Below, in pieces: positions 1 through 9,396 of a stretch of DNA of 64,000 nucleotides. The translations under genes and the position numbers were made by a program. The notes under the pieces were generated by a model. It was not told the DNA's origin. It did not search any database and worked only from the letters and a program-made list of their open reading frames with translations. The stretch is from Candidatus Eiseniibacteriota bacterium (GTDB taxonomy: Bacteria; Eisenbacteria; RBG-16-71-46; CAZEPH01), in the NCBI GenBank assembly GCA_044229145.1, contig JBGATO010000002.1, forward strand, positions 50,486 through 114,485, in the 5' to 3' direction. Within the stretch, counting starts at the first letter, position 1; each line of letters opens with the position of its first letter.

Positions 1-3000
1 GGGACCTACATCCACAACACCGTGTCGGCCGTCGCCACCTCGCTGGACGCGGCGACGCTCGGCGCCGCGAGCACGATCATCTACCGCGGCTCGGACACGC
101 TCGATCCGCCGTCGAGTCTCGGCGGCCGCACGTACGGCCACTTGCGCTACGAGTCGACGTCCGGCGCGTGGTCGTTCAATCCGACGACGGGCCAGCCGAT
201 CACCATCCTCGGCGACTTCTTCCTCGGCACCGGCGTGACCATGACCGCCGCGAATACCGGCGTCATGACTTTCGGCGGCAACTACACGATCGACGGCACG
301 CTGACCAATAGCGGCGGCACGCAGAAGTACACGTTCACCGGTGCGGCGGCCACCGTCGCGGGCGCGGGCGCGATCACCTTCGAGCAGTTCAGCGTCCCGG
401 CGGGCGCCGACCTCACGCTGGCGGCGCCGGTGACGCTGGCGTCCGGCTTCACGGCGACGGTCGACGGCACGCTGGAGGCCAACGCGGCGCTCACGGCGAA
501 CAGCACGCCGCAGGTCAACGGGACGCTGCGCCTGAATGGCGGGTCGATCTCGAGCCAGCCGACCTATGGTGCGGCGTCGACGCTGGTGCTGAACGCGACC
601 GGCGCCGTGGGGAACGAGTGGGGTGACTCCGGCAGCACCGCCGGGCCGGGCGTGCCGCAGAACGTCAGCGTCCTCTCCGGGACCGCGACGATGCCGGCCG
701 CCGCGCGCACCTGCCCCGGCACGCTGAGTCTCGACGGCGGGTCGCTCACGCTTGGCGGCGCCGACCTCACCGTGGGGCAATCGCTGGCCCTCACCAGCGG
801 CGTGCTCGCCACCGGCGGCAACACCGTCATCCTCGCCAGCGGCGGCACGGTGACGCGCGGCACGGGCCAGGTGAACGGACTGCTGCGGAAGACGGTCCCC
901 ACCGGCGCGCCCAGCGTGACCTTCGAGATCGGCGACGGCGCGCGCTACACGCCGGTCAAACTCGACTTCGCCAGCGTGACCACCGCCGGTCCGGTGACGG
1001 CGGGCACCACGACCGGCGACAATCCCCAGCTCGCGACGTCGAAACTCGACGGCGCCAAGTCCGTGAACCGCTGGTGGACGCTCACGCCCGGCAGCTTCGT
1101 GTTCACCACCTGCGATGCCAAGTTCACCTTCGACCCGGCGGATGTGGACGCCGGCGCCACTCCGGCGAACTTCATCGTCGGGCGATACGACTCCGCGGCG
1201 TGGAGCTACCCGGCTCTCGGCAACCTCACGACGACGAGCACGCAGGCCACCAACCTCACGGCCTTCGGCGATTTTGCCCTCGGGGAGACGATCGCGTTCA
1301 CGATCACCGCCACGGCCGGCGCGAACGGCAGCATCAACCCCAGCGGCGCGGTCAGCGTGACCTACGGCAACAACAAGAATTTCACGATAGCGCCCAACCC
1401 CTCGTACTACGTGGAAGACGTGCTGGTGGATGGCGTGAGCGTCGGGGCGGTGGACAGCTACAAGTTCTTCGACGTGCGGGCCAACCACACCATCGCCGTG
1501 TCGTTCGCGCTAGGAACGCTGGCGTATCGCTCGGCGGCATCGGGCAACTGGAACAGCCCGACGACATGGGAGGTGTTTGACGGCGCGGCGTGGGTCGCGG
1601 CCAGCGCGCTTCCCGATCCGTCGCTGGCCGGCCCGATCACCATCCGCAGCCCGCACGTCGTCACCTGCACGGACTCGCAGACGGTCGACGAACTCACGGT
1701 AGATGCCGGCGCGACCCTCACCGTGAACGAAGGGGAGGCAGTCGCGGTGCAGGACGGCCCGGGGACCGACTTGGTATTGAACGGCACCCTCCACAGCATG
1801 GGCACATGCTACATGGCCTTCACCTCAAACGGCGAGGTGAACGACGGCGGCAACTACATTATCTATGCGGCATCAAACGGCCAATTAGCCAACCTAGTAC
1901 TCTCGGTCCACAGCACCGTTACCTATCGTACGGAAGATGGTGTCGGTCCCTTCCATGGGGACATGACGAGCTACGGAAACCTCGTGATTGACGGGACAGG
2001 GGTCGTGGGATTTCAGGGTAACTTGGATCTCACCGTCAGAGGAGACTGCCTGATATTGGGGGCCTCGATGCATGTCACGGCAACGGGGACGCTTCGCTTC
2101 GCCGGGGACGTCACATGCCTATCGGGTTACTTCGATCTCGATCAGAACGATGAAGAAGGTCACACCCAGATTTGCGAGTTCACGGGCGTGGGGAAGACGG
2201 TCAGCGGCTCGTTCCCCCAAATGGAGCAGGTCAAGATCCCCACCGGGGCCGACATCACAATCGAGGGCCAGTTTGTCTTCCTTCCGGGATTCGAGTCCTC
2301 CATCGACGGCACTCTGCGCGCCCAAGGGGGGGACATCACCGCAGATGGGACGGTGCGGGTCAAGGGCACCGTGCGGCTCGCGGGCGGTCCAGGTAAAGTG
2401 AAAGGGACTGGATCATTCTCGTACACCGCCGGTGCGACGCTGATTTACGATGGCGATGTCACGATGGACGCCGTCTCGTGGCCCTCTGCAAATGGCCCTA
2501 CCAAGGTGACCGTCAGCAGCGGCGCAAAACTCAACATGGGCGCAGCCGCGCGAACGGTGAGCGGGACATTCCGGACGGCGGGGATTGTGAAGGGCAACTC
2601 GGGTGCGCTCACACTCCCCGGCGTGACGCAGATCGATCCCGGCGGCTCCTTTAACTTCACGCCGACGTACACCACGGGCTCGACACTTGTGTACAACAGT
2701 TCGGCGACCGTCGGCTCCGAGTGGAAGGCTGGCTCGGTCGCCGGCCTCGGCGTACCACAAAACGTCACCATCCAGCCGGGCGTGGGCGCCGCCGTCTCGC
2801 TGCCCGCCACCGATCGCACCTGTCCGGGCACGCTGACGTTGACCAACGGCACGCTGGCGACGGGCAACGTGACGATGATCGCCGCCGGATCCGTCGTGCG
2901 CACCGGTGGCTGGGTGAATGGCCGCTTGCAGAAGCCTGTGGCGGCGGGTGCCGTGTCGCAGGTGTTCGCGATCGGCGACTCGACCCGCTACGCGCCGGTC

Positions 3001-3666
3001 CAGGTGAACTACACGTCGGTCTCGGTGGGCGGCACGGTGACCGCGTCGACGACGGCGGGCGATCACCCGAGCATCGCCAGCTCGCCGCTCAACCCGGCGA
3101 AGACGGCGAACCGCGTGTGGACGCTGACCAACGTGGGGACGGTGTTCGACTCGGCGGCGGTGACGGTCACCTTCGACCCGCTCGACGTGGACGCGGGGGC
3201 CGACCCGGCGGTGTTCCTCGTGGGGCGATTCACCGCGCCCTCGACGTGGACCGCGCCGGCCGTCGGCGCACGCACCGCGACGAGCACGCAGGCGACGGGG
3301 CTCACGGCGTTCGGCGACTTTGCCGTGGGCGAGGCTCCGGCGCCGGTGGCGGTCGGTGACCCGTGGCTGGTGAGCACGGCGATCCCGGCGGCGACGGCGC
3401 TGTTGCCTGCTGCACCGAACCCGGCGCATGGAGTCGCGCACCTGCGCTTCGCCTTGCACGAGCGCGGACCGGTGCGCCTGGCCGTGTACGACATCCGCGG
3501 GCGTCTCGTGCGCACGCTGCTGCGCGCCGACGCGATCGCCGGCACGCACGGCCTCGTGTGGGACACGCGTGACGCGAGCGGTCACGCGGTGGGCGCGGGG
3601 CTGTACCTGCTGCGGCTCGAGACGGGCGGACGCGCCGTCACCGGCCGCTTGCAGATCGTGCGCTAG
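1..3666 (+). CDS. Large secreted repeat protein (adhesin/surface protein-like) with C-terminal FlgD-Ig/T9SS-type sorting-like domain; 5'-truncated by the window edge
   Basis: Frame is open from base 1 (GTYIHNTVSA...). Gly/Thr-rich beta repeats, a duplicated module of several hundred aa, an InlB-B-repeat-like segment (ITATAGANGSINPSG...VLVDGVSVG), and C-terminus PNP...VYDIRGRLVRTL...WD...GLYLLRL. Confidence 0.8.
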   Translation, partial: GTYIHNTVSAVATSLDAATLGAASTIIYRGSDTLDPPSSLGGRTYGHLRYESTSGAWSFNPTTGQPITILGDFFLGTGVTMTAANTGVMTFGGNYTIDGTLTNSGGTQKYTFTGAAATVAGAGAITFEQFSVPAGADLTLAAPVTLASGFTATVDGTLEANAALTANSTPQVNGTLRLNGGSISSQPTYGAASTLVLNATGAVGNEWGDSGSTAGPGVPQNVSVLSGTATMPAAARTCPGTLSLDGGSLTLGGADLTVGQSLALTSGVLATGGNTVILASGGTVTRGTGQVNGLLRKTVPTGAPSVTFEIGDGARYTPVKLDFASVTTAGPVTAGTTTGDNPQLATSKLDGAKSVNRWWTLTPGSFVFTTCDAKFTFDPADVDAGATPANFIVGRYDSAAWSYPALGNLTTTSTQATNLTAFGDFALGETIAFTITATAGANGSINPSGAVSVTYGNNKNFTIAPNPSYYVEDVLVDGVSVGAVDSYKFFDVRANHTIAVSFALGTLAYRSAASGNWNSPTTWEVFDGAAWVAASALPDPSLAGPITIRSPHVVTCTDSQTVDELTVDAGATLTVNEGEAVAVQDGPGTDLVLNGTLHSMGTCYMAFTSNGEVNDGGNYIIYAASNGQLANLVLSVHSTVTYRTEDGVGPFHGDMTSYGNLVIDGTGVVGFQGNLDLTVRGDCLILGASMHVTATGTLRFAGDVTCLSGYFDLDQNDEEGHTQICEFTGVGKTVSGSFPQMEQVKIPTGADITIEGQFVFLPGFESSIDGTLRAQGGDITADGTVRVKGTVRLAGGPGKVKGTGSFSYTAGATLIYDGDVTMDAVSWPSANGPTKVTVSSGAKLNMGAAARTVSGTFRTAGIVKGNSGALTLPGVTQIDPGGSFNFTPTYTTGSTLVYNSSATVGSEWKAGSVAGLGVPQNVTIQPGVGAAVSLPATDRTCPGTLTLTNGTLATGNVTMIAAGSVVRTGGWVNGRLQKPVAAGAVSQVFAIGDSTRYAPVQVNYTSVSVGGTVTASTTAGDHPSIASSPLNPAKTANRVWTLTNVGTVFDSAAVTVTFDPLDVDAGADPAVFLVGRFTAPSTWTAPAVGARTATSTQATGLTAFGDFAVGEAPAPVAVGDPWLVSTAIPAATALLPAAPNPAHGVAHLRFALHERGPVRLAVYDIRGRLVRTLLRADAIAGTHGLVWDTRDASGHAVGAGLYLLRLETGGRAVTGRLQIVR

Positions 3667-3702
3667 ACCTCCGGCGCGGAGTGGCGGCTCGTCGCCGGGC
3701 CG

Positions 3703-4818
3703 CTACTCTGCCGCCGCGAACCCATACGCCGACGCGTGCTGCAGCGGCGGCAACGCCTCGCGCGGCAACAGCAGCGTCCGCACCGCCCACAGCTCCGTGA
3801 AGATGCGGTATTTCGCCGTCGCGTCCAGGTAATCCACGCCGCTCGACCCGCCGGTGCCCATGCGCCGTCCGATCGTGCGTTCGACCATGCGGGCGTGGCG
3901 GGTCCGCCACAGCACCATGAGTTCCTCGAGTTCGACGATGGTGTCGATCAGAAGCCGCGGCCAGGCGAGCAGCGGCAGTTCGCGGTACGACTCGATGAAC
4001 AGCAGCCCGGCGCGCGTGCGGCGGACCTGCGGCCGTGCGGCGGCGTCCTCGACGTCTTCGGCGAACAGGAAGCGGCGCGCCGCCTCCTCGGCGGCGCCGA
4101 ACTGCGCGGTGAGGTGCGCCGTTTCGTGACCTTGCTTCGGGGCGAAGTCGCGCGACTGCCGCGCGTGCAGCGTGTGCTGCGCGGCGAGGTACGCCTCGAG
4201 GAACGCCACCACGCGTGCGTCGTCGCCGGGATCGTCCGGGTGCGATCCGTCGATCGGCGTGCGGTACAGCCACGCGTGCAGCGTCGCGCGCAGGCTCGGC
4301 TCGGCCTGGGCGCGCTCGATGGCGGCCCACGCCTTGGCACCGCCTGGCGAGGCGGCGGCCAAACGGCGGATTGGCGCCAGCGGATCGCCGCCGCCTTCGC
4401 TGTGCCGCTGCGTGTCCGACAGCCCGAGCAGCAACTCGATCTCGCGCATCTGGTACGACTGGAAGCCCGACGCCGGCACCAACTTGTCGCGGAAGGCGAG
4501 GAAGTCCTGCGGCGTCAGCGTCTCCATGACGCGGAACTGGTCGATCGCCAGCTCGAAGATGGTGCCGACGCGGCGCAGGTGATGCACCACCCACGGCACC
4601 GTCTCCTCCGGCACCTTCGGCTCGCCCAAGCGGTCGCGCGCCAGCCGCAGCTCGCGCAGCACCAGCTTGAACCACAGCTCGAAGACTTGATGCACGACGA
4701 TGAAGTGGAGTTCGTCGGAGAGCAGTGCCGTGTCGTCGTCGTCGAGGCCGTTCTGCAGTGCGAGCAGGCGGTCGAGCGCGAGGTAGTCCCAGTAGGTCGG
4801 TGGGGCGGACGAGGACAT
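3703..4818 (-). CDS. kynA: Tryptophan 2,3-dioxygenase
   Basis: TYWDYL, ELHFIVVHQVFELWFK, FRDKLVPASGFQSYQMR, RHARMVERTIGRRMGTGGSSGVDYL motifs; GGAG RBS before ATG at 4818. Confidence 0.95.
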   Translation of the reverse strand: MSSSAPPTYWDYLALDRLLALQNGLDDDDTALLSDELHFIVVHQVFELWFKLVLRELRLARDRLGEPKVPEETVPWVVHHLRRVGTIFELAIDQFRVMETLTPQDFLAFRDKLVPASGFQSYQMREIELLLGLSDTQRHSEGGGDPLAPIRRLAAASPGGAKAWAAIERAQAEPSLRATLHAWLYRTPIDGSHPDDPGDDARVVAFLEAYLAAQHTLHARQSRDFAPKQGHETAHLTAQFGAAEEAARRFLFAEDVEDAAARPQVRRTRAGLLFIESYRELPLLAWPRLLIDTIVELEELMVLWRTRHARMVERTIGRRMGTGGSSGVDYLDATAKYRIFTELWAVRTLLLPREALPPLQHASAYGFAAAE

Positions 4819-4883
4819 GGCGAGATCTCCGGACGGCGCGGGCGAGGCTTGTCGGCGCGCATTACACCGCGCACACTGCGCCC

Positions 4884-5759
4884 ATGTCCAGCCTGCCGGC
4901 GCTCCGCCCGCGCACCGCGCTCGAATGGAAGCGCTTCTATGCCGCCGAGCGCGCCACGCTCGGCGCCGAGGGGCTGCTGCGGCTCGTCGACGAGGCGCCG
5001 CCTTGCGAGTTGCCGCGTGGCGGCGCATTGGTGTTTCCGCACACGCGGCTCGCGCACAGCGGCGTGGTGACAGCGGCGGCGGCGAAGGCGGTGATCGCGT
5101 CGGGTGTGGGAACGGTGCTGGCGCTCGGCGTGCTGCACGGCGGGCGGGAGTGCGATGCGGAGCGCGTCGCCGCCGCGCGGGCGGGCGATGTCGCGGCCCG
5201 CGCGGCGTTGCGGCGCGTGCACGGGCCTGGCGCTGACGGGGACGATGGCGTCTGGGCCGAAGAGTTCTCGCTCGCCAATTTCCTGGTGCTGCTCCGCGCT
5301 GCGGCGTGGCGCGCGGGACAGCACCCGCCCCTCGTCGTCACACGCTATCCGTTCCTCACGGGCGACGATCCCGAATCCGTGCCGGGATTCGACGAGCTGC
5401 GACGCCTGCGCGACGGCGGCGCCGCACTCGTCGCCACGGCCGACGCGATCCACCACGGCGTCGGCTACGGCACGCCGGAGAATGAACAGCGGCGCCGCGT
5501 GGACGCGGCGACCTTCGCCTGGGCGACCCACCGGCTCTCGACGCACCACGGTCTGATCGCCCGCCGCGACTACGCCGAATTTCAGATCGACGCGGCGCGG
5601 TTGCGCTCGGACTTCCGCGACAACGGTCCGGTGCTCGGCGCGCTGCTCGGCGGCGCTACGTCGTCCCTGCGCCAGTTGCGACTGGTCAACTACGCCGACG
5701 TCTTCGCCTGTGCCGAGCCCACGTGGGTCGCGGCCGCGCTCGTCGCCTACTCCGTGTAA
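4884..5759 (+). CDS. Hypothetical protein, probable divergent Memo/AmmeMemoRadiSam-B (PCAD-Memo) fold
   Basis: ALVFPHTRLAHSG, EEFSL and VATADAIHHGVGYG resemble the Memo motifs PHAGxxYSG, EHS and SSDxSHYG. Confidence 0.5.
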   Translation: MSSLPALRPRTALEWKRFYAAERATLGAEGLLRLVDEAPPCELPRGGALVFPHTRLAHSGVVTAAAAKAVIASGVGTVLALGVLHGGRECDAERVAAARAGDVAARAALRRVHGPGADGDDGVWAEEFSLANFLVLLRAAAWRAGQHPPLVVTRYPFLTGDDPESVPGFDELRRLRDGGAALVATADAIHHGVGYGTPENEQRRRVDAATFAWATHRLSTHHGLIARRDYAEFQIDAARLRSDFRDNGPVLGALLGGATSSLRQLRLVNYADVFACAEPTWVAAALVAYSV

Positions 5760-6193
5760 CTGCGCCGCCGGCGCCACTCCATGTACTTCTCCGGCTCGGC
5801 GAGCGCGGTGTAGCCGATCTTCGCGTACAGCGGATGCGCGTCGCGCGTCACCAACACCCAGCGGCGGAAGCCTTGCAACGCTTCGTGATCGTGCACCACG
5901 CGCATCATCCACTCGGCCAGCCCGCGGCCGCGGAACTCCTCGAGCACGTACACGTCGGCGAGATAGCCGAAGGTCGCGAAGTCGGTGATGACGCGGCAAA
6001 AGCCGATCTGCCGTTCGCCGTCGCCCTCGGCGACGTAGAGCCCGAACGGCATCGAGTGCGCGATGCCGAGCGCCAGCGTCTCGAACGGAATCCCCGGCGA
6101 CCAGTACGACCCGACGAGGTAGTCGTGGATCGCCTGCAGGTCGAGCCGGTCCGGATCGTCGCTCAGCGTGAATGCGTCGCGGGTCCACTCCAT
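5747..6193 (-). CDS. GNAT family N-acetyltransferase
   Basis: MEWTRDAFTLSDD...SYWSPGI...RVITDFATFGYLADVYVLEEFRGRGLA...LYAKIGY. Confidence 0.9.
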   Translation of the reverse strand: MEWTRDAFTLSDDPDRLDLQAIHDYLVGSYWSPGIPFETLALGIAHSMPFGLYVAEGDGERQIGFCRVITDFATFGYLADVYVLEEFRGRGLAEWMMRVVHDHEALQGFRRWVLVTRDAHPLYAKIGYTALAEPEKYMEWRRRRSYTE

Positions 6194-6195
6194 CG

Positions 6196-7119
6196 TCACG
6201 CCTCCCGACGCGTCGGCCGCCGCGCCGACGTCGTGATGAGCACCACCGCCGCGATCACCAGCGCGCTGGCGATCCAATGCCGCGTCGTCAGTTGCTCGCC
6301 GCCGAGCGACCAGCCGAGCAGCACGGCCACCACCGGATTGATGTATGCGTAGGTCGAGGCGCGCGCCGGACTCACGTGCTTGAGCAGCCAGATGTATGCG
6401 GTGAATGCCACCAGCGAGCCGAACACGATGAGATAGGCGAGCGACAACCACGCGCGCGTCGTCACCGTCGCCGGATGGAATGCGGGCCACTGATGCGTCG
6501 CCGCCGCCATCAGCGCGAGGCCGGCGCCGCCGGCGAGCATCTCCATCGCCGTGCCCATCGCCGCCGACTGCGGCAGCGGCGCCTGCCGCGCATACAGCGA
6601 GCCCGACGCCCAGCCCATCGCGCCGATCAAGATCGCCACCGTGCCGACGAGATCGAGCGGTTCGCCCGGCAAGATGCTCGACGGGCCGATGAGCCACGCC
6701 ACACCCGCGAGGCCGACGAGCAGCCCGAGGATGGTCCCGCCGTGCGGCCGTTGCTTGGTGATGAACGCCCATTCGAGCACCGTCACGTAGATCGGCGTGA
6801 TGCCGATCAGCACCGCCGCGAGGCCGCTCGGAATGCGTGTCTCGGCGAACACCACGCCGCCGTGCGACATGCACAACATGCCGACGCCGATGAGCGCCGC
6901 GCTGCGCCACTCGATGCGCCGCGGCCACGGTGCGCCGGTCGCCTTCGCCCACACCAGCATCGCCCCGCCGGCCATCAGGAACCGCAGTGCCGCCATCACG
7001 AATGGCGGCAGCGATTCGAGCGCGAAGCGGATCGCCAGATAGGTCGATCCCCAAATCACGTACACCGCCGCGAACGCGGCGACGAGCGGGAGCAACGCGG
7101 GACGGGACGAGGTGGGCAT
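6196..7119 (-). CDS. EamA/DMT family transporter (YedA-like)
   Basis: About 10 TM segments; VYVIWGSTYLAIR, YLIVFGSLVAFTAY, STYAYINPVVAV. Confidence 0.92.
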   Translation of the reverse strand: MPTSSRPALLPLVAAFAAVYVIWGSTYLAIRFALESLPPFVMAALRFLMAGGAMLVWAKATGAPWPRRIEWRSAALIGVGMLCMSHGGVVFAETRIPSGLAAVLIGITPIYVTVLEWAFITKQRPHGGTILGLLVGLAGVAWLIGPSSILPGEPLDLVGTVAILIGAMGWASGSLYARQAPLPQSAAMGTAMEMLAGGAGLALMAAATHQWPAFHPATVTTRAWLSLAYLIVFGSLVAFTAYIWLLKHVSPARASTYAYINPVVAVLLGWSLGGEQLTTRHWIASALVIAAVVLITTSARRPTRREA

Positions 7120-7201
7120 CGGGCGAGTGTGCGGAGGCGCGGCGGGGGAGGCGAGGTCCAAAGCGGGAGGGTGACGTCGCGGCGCCAAAATCGTGTATTG
7201 C

Positions 7202-7522
7202 CTACTCTCCGTACATCTCCGTCAGCGTGCGGCGGAGCGCGGACGCCTCGACGGCGGTGAGCCGTCCGATCTTGTCGCGCACACGCTTCTTGCTCACCGT
7301 GCGAATCTGATCGACCGCCACGTCGGCCGGTTGCCCCTCGCATTTGACCAGCACGCGTGACCGCCAGGTCGGCCTCGGTTGCGAGGTAAGCGGACACACC
7401 GTGATGGTGTGCAGGTGCCGATTCAGTTCGTCGAGACTGACGATGACGGCCGGCCGAGTCTTGCCGATCTCCGCGCCGCGCACGGGATCGAACTCGACCC
7501 ACACGATGTCGTAGCGCTTCAT
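7202..7522 (-). CDS. mazF: Type II toxin, PemK/MazF family endoribonuclease
   Basis: YDIVWVEFDPVRGAEIGKTRPAVIVS...DQIRTVSKKR. Confidence 0.92.
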   Translation of the reverse strand: MKRYDIVWVEFDPVRGAEIGKTRPAVIVSLDELNRHLHTITVCPLTSQPRPTWRSRVLVKCEGQPADVAVDQIRTVSKKRVRDKIGRLTAVEASALRRTLTEMYGE

Positions 7523-7842
7523 CGCCGCGGCTTCCGCGGCGACTTGGTTTTGTAGGCGGGAGCCTTTTCCGCGACCTTCGAGACCCACGGGGCGGATTCG
7601 AGCCCGTCGGCATTCGTCGAATCCCATGCCGCCCAATCCTCGACGGCGGCTGCCATTTCACGCGCCGTATCAGCCCACGAGAGCTTCTCGGCGGCGTTTC
7701 CCGCGGGCCGCAGCAGGATGCCGTCGCTACGCTCCTCCATGATGACACTGTCGCCGATGTGGAAGCGCTTGAGCGTCGCGGCGGGAATCCGCACGCCGCG
7801 CGAGTTGCCGATCTGGGCGATTTTCAGGCGGATAGCTGGCAT
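7519..7842 (-). CDS. mazE: AbrB/MazE family antitoxin
   Basis: KIAQIGNSRGVRIP swapped-hairpin motif; ATGA overlap with the toxin gene. Confidence 0.9.
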   Translation of the reverse strand: MPAIRLKIAQIGNSRGVRIPAATLKRFHIGDSVIMEERSDGILLRPAGNAAEKLSWADTAREMAAAVEDWAAWDSTNADGLESAPWVSKVAEKAPAYKTKSPRKPRR

Positions 7843-7878
7843 GTGCTTACAGTAACTACATCGAAAGTGTGCTGTCAA
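7842..7878 (-). promoter_or_regulatory. Sigma-70 promoter (TTGACA-N18-TACTGT) with overlapping imperfect palindrome (probable TA operator); probably leaderless
   Basis: Minus strand reads TTGACA (7878-7873), 18 nt, TACTGT (7854-7849), 6 nt, ATG. Palindrome TGTagTTAC-T-GTAAgcACA covers the -10. Confidence 0.65.
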
Positions 7879-7903
7879 TGAGCGCGGGGCACGCCCGGGC
7901 GCG

Positions 7904-8389
7904 TCATGCGCGGATCTCCACCTCGCCCTCGATCTCGACCGGAATGCGGAACGGCAACTCCGCCATCCCGACCGCGCTGCGCGCATGCGCGCCAACCTCC
8001 GGCCCAAACACTTCGAGGATGAGATCGCTGAACCCGTTGATCACCTTCGGCTGTTCGATGAAACCCGGCGCCGAGTTGACCATGCCGAAGAAGCGTCCGA
8101 ATGCCGTGATGCGATCGAGGTCGCCCAGCGCACGCTGCAGGCTGCCGAGGATCGACAGCGCCGTAAGACGCGCCGCGACGTAGCCTTCATCGACCGTGAG
8201 GTCGCTCCCGACCTTCCCGAACGGCGCGGCGAATGAACCGTCCGCCGCTTGCGGTCCGTGTCCGCTGATCAGCGCCCGCGTCCCGACGACGCGCACGAAC
8301 TGGAACGGCAGCACGAAGCCGGGCGGCGGCACCGTTGGCGGCGGCAGGACGAGGCCGAGGCCGGCGAGGCGGTTGGCGATCTGGGACAT
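7904..8389 (-). CDS. RidA/YjgF family protein
   Basis: ISGHGP...GKVG...VINGFSDLILEVFGPEVGAHARSAVGMAELPFRIPVEIE. Confidence 0.9.
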   Translation of the reverse strand: MSQIANRLAGLGLVLPPPTVPPPGFVLPFQFVRVVGTRALISGHGPQAADGSFAAPFGKVGSDLTVDEGYVAARLTALSILGSLQRALGDLDRITAFGRFFGMVNSAPGFIEQPKVINGFSDLILEVFGPEVGAHARSAVGMAELPFRIPVEIEGEVEIRA

Positions 8390-8417
8390 GGGGATCTCCG
8401 GAGAACGTTGAGTGCGG

Positions 8418-9396
8418 CTACTGCGAGCCGCCGCCGAGGAGGCACTCCATGTACACGACGCCCTCCAGCGGATTGTCGTAGTACGGCGCGATCTCGACGA
8501 AGCCGAGCGTGCGGTACAGCGCCTGCGCCGCCTGCATCTGCTGTGGCGAGCGTGTCGAGGCGCATCGCGCGGTAGCCGATCTCGCGCGCCGCATCGAGCA
8601 CGGCGAGCGCGAGCGCGCGGCCGAGGCCGGTGCCGCGTGCCGAGGGCGTGACGAACAGCCGCTTCATCTCGCAGATGTCGCCGTCGAGCGGACGCATCGC
8701 GATGCAGCCGACGGCGGTGCCTTCGCCCGTTTCCGCCACGAACAGCCGCCCGCGCGGCGGCGCGTACTTGCCCGGCAGCGCCGCGAGTTCCGCCGAGAAG
8801 CCCTGGAAGCACAGATCGAGCGCCGTGTCCTCTTCGTACGCGCGGAACAGCGCCCGCACGGTGTCGAGATCGGCGTCCAGCGCCGGGCGAATCACGAATG
8901 GCGACGAGGTGCCCTGTCCCACGATCGCACTCCTCCTCTCGAGCAACACGGTGTCGCGCCACACGCCGTGCAGACGCCCGACCCGCTCTCGCACGCCGAC
9001 GTCGCGGAAGCCGCAGGCGCGATGCAGCGCGAGGCTCGCCGCGTTGTCGGCCAGCACGCCGGCCTGCAGCGTCCACACGCCCGCCGCCTCCGACGCGGCG
9101 ATCAGCGCCTCCAGTAATGCGCGGCCGACGCCCTGTCCGCGCGCCGACGCCGCAACGTACAGCCCGACATCCGCGACACCGCGATAGCACGCCCGCGACG
9201 ACACCGGCGACAGCGCCGCCCAGCCGACGACCGCGCCGTCGCGCCGCGCCACCAGCCGTCCGGCCGCCAGCCGCGACGCATCGAATCGCTCCCACGACGG
9301 CACCGCCGTCTCGAACGTCGCCATGCCGGTGGCGATGCCCTCGGCATAGATCGCCGCGATGGCCGGCCAGTCGGCGGCTGTGAAGGTGTCGATCAT
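8418..9396 (-). CDS. Tandem GNAT-GNAT acetyltransferase (phosphinothricin-acetyltransferase-like plus second GNAT) with a +1 frameshift near 8545
   Basis: Domain 1 [14 protein letters not shown]...VLLERRS; domain 2 [18 protein letters not shown]...CEMKRLFV...MRLDTL. The expected tail ([23 protein letters not shown]...) continues in another frame to a TAG at 8418-8420. Confidence 0.8.

Noticed and set aside
1770..2480. Low-GC segment as a diversity-generating retroelement variable region
   Set aside because: No reverse transcriptase or template repeat in the window, and the segment is long and internal rather than a short C-terminal VR
7904..8389. RidA protein as the pathway's 2-aminomuconate deaminase
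   Set aside because: It is a different Rid subfamily in a GNAT/TA context; the domain fused to AmnA is the better candidate
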